Shown here in pieces: positions 57,335 to 64,000 of a DNA stretch of 64,000 nt (position 1 is the first letter of the stretch; each line of letters begins with the position of its first letter). The DNA lies in assembly GCA_963705165.1 (NCBI GenBank), contig CAVPJD010000012.1, forward strand, positions 1 to 64,000, in the 5' to 3' direction. The stretch comes from an uncultured delta proteobacterium (GTDB lineage Bacteria > Desulfobacterota > Syntrophia > Syntrophales > UBA2192). The notes under the pieces were generated by a model, which saw nothing but the letters and a program-made list of their open reading frames with translations, was not told the origin of the DNA and ran no database searches. Made by a program: the position numbers and the translations under genes.

Positions 57335-57832
57335 TTAAAGAATCATCTGCATCCAGACGACGTCGAGATCCTGCCCCTTCTTCTTCGCGACCCGCCTGAA
57401 CCGCCCGCACTCCGCAAACCCGTGCCGCTCGTGGAAGCGCAGGCTCGATTCGTTGAGCGAGGACACATTGGCCAGGATCGTGTCGATCCCCTTGCGCTTC
57501 GCCTCACCGGTGATTCGCTCGAGGATTCTCGAACCGATCCCCTGGCCCGTGTAACCCGGTTCGATGAAATAGGTGATCTCCGCCGCCCGTTGAAAGGCGG
57601 CAAGCGGGTGATAGGGCCGCAGAAAGGCAAAGCCCACGATTCGATCCCCCTGCTCTTCATCCCGCACCGTGAAGGCGGGGTAGCCTTCCGTCAATTGAAG
57701 AAACTGGTCGAAGAGGGCGTAGGGGACCTTCTTTTCCGGATACGCCGCGAAGCTGTTCTCGATGTAGTAGTTAAACAGGTCGATCACAGCCTCGCGATCG
57801 CCCTCCCCCAACTTCTCAAAACGAATTTTCAT
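57335..57832 (-). CDS. GNAT N-acetyltransferase (phosphinothricin acetyltransferase-like)
   Basis: GQGIGS and NESSLRFHERHGF motifs. Confidence 0.9.
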   Translation of the reverse strand: MKIRFEKLGEGDREAVIDLFNYYIENSFAAYPEKKVPYALFDQFLQLTEGYPAFTVRDEEQGDRIVGFAFLRPYHPLAAFQRAAEITYFIEPGYTGQGIGSRILERITGEAKRKGIDTILANVSSLNESSLRFHERHGFAECGRFRRVAKKKGQDLDVVWMQMIL

Positions 57833-57870
57833 GTTGCTGGTCTATCCGGTCTATTCCGTCTGTTCCGTCC

Positions 57871-57948
57871 AAATCCCCCCTGCCCCCCTTTACAAAAGGG
57901 GGGGTCTTATTGCTTCCCCCTTTGAAAAAGGGGGATTGAGGGGGATTT
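57871..57948. repeat. Paired C/G-run hairpin REP (CCCCCTTT-N-AAAGGGGG)
   Basis: aaatccccc...ccccctttacaaaagggggg...tccccctttgaaaaaggggga...gggggattt; a related copy lies at 59160-59200. Confidence 0.75.
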
Positions 57949-58019
57949 TTTCACTGGTCACTGGCAATCCACCCTCTCTGTGCAACCCGGATCATCGTAA
58001 ACTATGTAACCGGTTTGTA

Positions 58020-58229
58020 CCCTCCCCTGCCCTCTCCCCTCAAGGGAGAGGGAGATTATGGAAGGAATTTGCCAGAGGCTCGGCTCGCGATGACCGTCTT
58101 TCTTATGTCTTCACTCAGACACTTAGACACTCATACACTCAGACACTTTTTTTCGTCCCTGCACCCTTGTCCCTGGTCCCTCATTCTCTTTCACTGGTCA
58201 CTGGTCACCGATCACCGGTCACCGGTCAC
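58020..58229. repeat. Second composite repeat copy plus a TCACyGG heptamer array
   Basis: Matches 51492-51620, then tcactgg tcactgg tcaccga tcaccgg tcaccgg tcact. Confidence 0.8.
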
Positions 58230-59017
58230 TAGAATAGTTCCAGTTCTTTCCCCATTGTCTTGAAGTGGGGCGGGAACTCGGGCTGGAAGTTGAGGAAGAA
58301 CGTCACGGGATAGCCCGCGCCCACTTTCTTGCCCGCTTCCTGCAGGCCCGTCATGAGCTGCGGAAGGCCTTTGGCCGGCAGCGAAAAGACCATCTCGTCG
58401 TCCTGCGTGAGGGAAAAGACCCGGTCACCCATGCCGGGGACGGCGACGCGCGGCTTCTGCTCCTTGAACGGTGCGATCAGGTATTCGGCGCATTCGATCT
58501 TCCCGCCGAAGTTCCCGACAATCCGTTCCCCGTCCTGGTAGCTCCAGGCCTGGACAAACCGCATGACTTGTGCGGGATTCCCGTAGAGCACGACGATGTC
58601 CGGATCGAAAGTCGCCCTTGCCAGCGGGGCGATGAGCAGGGCTGCATATTGATCCTTGCCGAGACGGCAGATGGACATGCCTTCCCTCGTCCCCGTTTCC
58701 TCTGTCCTCGCATAAGCCCCTCCGCAGAAGAGCTTGCCGATTGCGGCCGCCGTGTCATCGGCATTACTGAACCCGAAGGCGATCCCGGCGGGCACGCAGA
58801 TGAGATCTTCCTTCGCAAGCCCCATTGTCCATCCGTAAAGCCGGGCCATCGACACGGCCTGGCAGACGGCCACGCGTTTGCCGAGCGCCACCGACGGCTG
58901 GCGGGTCTTCTCCGGGAAGGCCTTGTCCTTGAGGAACTTCACGGCCAGGGGCAAGGTTCTGAGCCTGACGTTGTTTCGCATAAACTCCGCCGCTTCCGCA
59001 TAATTCTGACCTGCCAT
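58229..59017 (-). CDS. DUF169 family protein
   Basis: PLAVKF, VCQAV..AR..G, PDIVVLYGNPAQVM and GDR..S..DDEM. Confidence 0.85.
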   Translation of the reverse strand: MAGQNYAEAAEFMRNNVRLRTLPLAVKFLKDKAFPEKTRQPSVALGKRVAVCQAVSMARLYGWTMGLAKEDLICVPAGIAFGFSNADDTAAAIGKLFCGGAYARTEETGTREGMSICRLGKDQYAALLIAPLARATFDPDIVVLYGNPAQVMRFVQAWSYQDGERIVGNFGGKIECAEYLIAPFKEQKPRVAVPGMGDRVFSLTQDDEMVFSLPAKGLPQLMTGLQEAGKKVGAGYPVTFFLNFQPEFPPHFKTMGKELELF

Positions 59018-59308
59018 CTTTCCTTCCTCCTTCGGTTTGGGGAATTGGGAACTGGGTAACGGCATGAACTCAGCCGACAGCCGACAGTCGACAGCCTACA
59101 GTCGACAGCCATTTTTGTCTATCGTCTTTTTTCCCGGGCGCAGCGGATTAGGAAAAGAAAATCCCCCTCGATCCCCCTGTGCGAAAGGGGGAAGAGGGGG
59201 ACGATTCTTCTCAGGAACAAGGAGCGAGATTCGACGAACGAGGATTGATTTCTCTTTTCTGTTTTCCCCTTCCCTGTACCCTATACCCTGTACCCTATAC
59301 CCTGTCTT

Positions 59309-60496
59309 CTAAAGCATTTCATAAATCCCCGCCGCGCCCATGCCGCCTCCGATGCACATGGAGACCAGGCAGCGTTTTGCCTTGCGGCGCTTGGCTTCGT
59401 GGAGGATCTGGGCCGTGAGTTTGGCTCCCGTGGCCCCCAGGGGGTGGCCCAGGGCGATGGCGCCGCCGTTGGGGTTGATGTCGCCCTTCCAGTAGCGCTC
59501 CTCGATCCCGAGGGTCCGGCACGAGGCGATGGCCTGGGCGGCGAAGGCCTCGTTGATCTCGAACAGGTCGATGTCGTTCGCAGTGAGACCGGCCAGCTTC
59601 AGGGCCTTCGGGATGGCAAAGGCCGGGCCGATACCCATTTCCTCGGGCGCACAGCCCGCCACGGCGAAGACCGTCATCTTGGCCAGGGGCTTGAGGCCCA
59701 GGGCCTTGGCCTTCTCCGCCGTCATGAGCACGGCAAAGGCAGCCCCGTCGGTCATCTGCGAGGAGTTGCCCGCCGTCACGGACCCCCCCGCCCTGAATGC
59801 GGGTTTGAGCTTGCCGAGGTCGGCGACCGTCGTCGGCCAGCGAACGCCGTCATCCGCGTCGAACACAACGGCCTCGCGGATGCGCTTGCCGCTGGCGTCC
59901 TTCTTGTACTTCCAGGCCTGGATGGGGACGATCTCTTCCTTGAACTTGCCGGCCTTCATCGCCTCGGTGGCCCTGCGATTGCTCTCCACGCCCATCTTGT
60001 CCTGGTCTTCACGGGATACGTTGTACTTGGCGGCGACGTTTTCCGCCGTGATGCCCATGGACACGTAGGTGTTGGGCCGGTTGCCCCAGTCGGGGTCGGG
60101 CCGGAACTGGCTGCCGCCCATGGGGATGTGGGACATGGTCTCGCAGCCCCCGGCGATGATCACATCGGACCAGCCCGCCTGGATCTTGGCCGTCGCATCG
60201 GCGATGGCCTGCAGCCCCGAGGAGCAGAACCGGTTGATCGTCATCCCCGAAGCCTCGATGGGAAGGCCCGCCCCCAGGGTGAGGACGCGTCCGAGGTTCA
60301 TCCCCGTCTCGGCCTCCGGGAAGGCGCAGCCGACGATGAGGTCATCCACGTCCTTTGGATCGAGCTGGGGTACTTTTGCCATGAGCCCCTTGATCACCTG
60401 CAGGCCGTACTCCTCGGCCCGGGTGGCTGCAAGGCCCCCTCTTCTATATCGCCCGCCAGCGCTTCTGACCGCTGCAACAATTACGGCTTCTCTCAT
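59309..60496 (-). CDS. fadA: Acetyl-CoA C-acyltransferase (thiolase)
   Basis: NRFCSSG, NEAF, GHPLGATG and CIGGGMG motifs. Confidence 0.93.
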   Translation of the reverse strand: MREAVIVAAVRSAGGRYRRGGLAATRAEEYGLQVIKGLMAKVPQLDPKDVDDLIVGCAFPEAETGMNLGRVLTLGAGLPIEASGMTINRFCSSGLQAIADATAKIQAGWSDVIIAGGCETMSHIPMGGSQFRPDPDWGNRPNTYVSMGITAENVAAKYNVSREDQDKMGVESNRRATEAMKAGKFKEEIVPIQAWKYKKDASGKRIREAVVFDADDGVRWPTTVADLGKLKPAFRAGGSVTAGNSSQMTDGAAFAVLMTAEKAKALGLKPLAKMTVFAVAGCAPEEMGIGPAFAIPKALKLAGLTANDIDLFEINEAFAAQAIASCRTLGIEERYWKGDINPNGGAIALGHPLGATGAKLTAQILHEAKRRKAKRCLVSMCIGGGMGAAGIYEML

Positions 60497-60540
60497 GATA
60501 ATGATCCTCCCTTTTCAGTGCATAAGAAGGTTGTTTCCGG

Positions 60541-62958
<2,418 letters not shown>

Positions 62959-63019
62959 ATCATCCTCCTTCTGGAGTTGTTTCGTCTGTTCGGTCCTATG
63001 AAGATTCGTTCCTTGATCT

Positions 63020-63101
63020 TCCTCTCCCCCGGCGGGAGAGGATAAGAGGTGAGGGGGAATTGTCACCCTCACCCTGGCCCTCTCCCCTCAAGGGAGAGGG
63101 A
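63020..63101. repeat. Pair of REP-like CCTCTCCC/GGGAGAGG hairpins
   Basis: Two copies in opposite orientation between the acyl-CoA dehydrogenase gene and fadN. Confidence 0.75.
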
Positions 63102-63120
63102 ACTAAAGGGTATGGGGCGT

Positions 63121-64000
63121 CTATACCGAGAAGCTCTCGTCGGCGATCTCGATGGGGGTGCGGTCGCCCGCCTTGATCCCCTCTGCCCTGCCCCGAACCG
63201 ATGTCAGGACGTTGACGGCGAAGAACTTGGCCGATGCGATCTTGCCCTGGTAGAAGGCCACTTCGGCATTCGTGTGGACCATCGCCCTCTGCTTGGCCTT
63301 GGAGCCCTTTGCGCCGGCCTCGGCGTAGATGGCGTTGAGCTTCTTCTGGGCGATGCCGGCCGCCTCCATGAGCAGGTAGCCCACGGCCACGTCGCCGAAG
63401 AGATTCAGGTAGGGGCTCGCGTAAAGGATCGGGACGAGGAAGCTGGCGCTCTTGCCGAGCTTGAAGAACTGGAGCGTGAGGTCCGTCAGGGCGTTCTTCG
63501 CCTCGGCCAGATAGTTGACGTAGGAGGACAGCTCCGGGTTCTCCTCGCGCAGGATCGCGATGTCGGCGTCCATCTGTTTGGCGATGGCCAGCAGGTGCAT
63601 GCCCTTCTTGATGCCCAGCTTGCGGCCCACCAGGTCGAGGGCCTGGATGCCGTTGGTGCCCTCGTAGATCTGGGTGATCTTGCAGTCCCGCATGTACTGT
63701 TCCACGGGGTACTCCGAGCAGTAGCCGTAACCGCCGTAGACGTCGATGGCCATCGAGCAGACATCGAGGGCCCGGTTCGTCACATAGGCCTTGCAGACGG
63801 GGATGAGCAGGTCGGCGCGGCTCGCCCACTGCTGCCTCTCCTCCTTGGTTGCGGCCGCCTCCATCATGTCCTGGCAGAAACTCGTGTAGTAGAGCAGCGC
63901 CCGGCACCCCTCCACGTGGGACTTCATCCAGAGGAGCTGCCGCCGGATGTCGGCATGGCGGATGATAGGCACCTGCGGGGCCTCGGGGTTCTTGAACTCG
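63121..64000 (-). CDS. Acyl-CoA dehydrogenase, C-terminal part (5' end lies outside the window)
   Basis: IIRHADIRRQL, YGGYGY, RDCKITQIYEGTNGIQALDL. Confidence 0.93.
   Translation of the reverse strand, partial: EFKNPEAPQVPIIRHADIRRQLLWMKSHVEGCRALLYYTSFCQDMMEAAATKEERQQWASRADLLIPVCKAYVTNRALDVCSMAIDVYGGYGYCSEYPVEQYMRDCKITQIYEGTNGIQALDLVGRKLGIKKGMHLLAIAKQMDADIAILREENPELSSYVNYLAEAKNALTDLTLQFFKLGKSASFLVPILYASPYLNLFGDVAVGYLLMEAAGIAQKKLNAIYAEAGAKGSKAKQRAMVHTNAEVAFYQGKIASAKFFAVNVLTSVRGRAEGIKAGDRTPIEIADESFSV

Overview
GC-rich bacterial chromosomal window. The gene content suggests an anaerobic Desulfobacterota/Syntrophales-like deltaproteobacterium (inference). In order it holds: a DUF3553-like fragment, a DUF151 nuclease and miaB; a 12-NHL-repeat CFI-box-CTERM surface protein, alpha-2-macroglobulin and pbpC; a large acyl-CoA dehydratase activase fusion; menG/ubiE; class III ribonucleotide reductase nrdD, preceded by two pairs of NrdR boxes and separated from nrdG by about 14 kb of accessory genes; a complete DDE IS; MFS, TRAP and CorA transporters; kdsD; a 7-PAS hybrid kinase with a response regulator; a TMTC-like TPR protein; and the 3' part of a beta-oxidation operon. 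Several genes carry single-base frameshifts, some in homopolymers, that look like long-read errors. Signals the ORF track misses: (1) a rhodanese selenoprotein with in-frame TGA in a CxU motif and a SECIS-like hairpin; (2) a 107-bp non-autonomous IS200/IS605-type two-hairpin element in 2 full copies and 1 partial copy; (3) a 93-bp MITE-like palindrome inserted in frame in a protein C-terminus; (4) nested or composite palindromic repeats and inverted heptamer arrays in many intergenic gaps; (5) two 33-aa single-TM small ORFs with strong RBSs. No rRNA, tRNA or CRISPR array was seen. All calls come from reading the sequence by eye; no searches were run.
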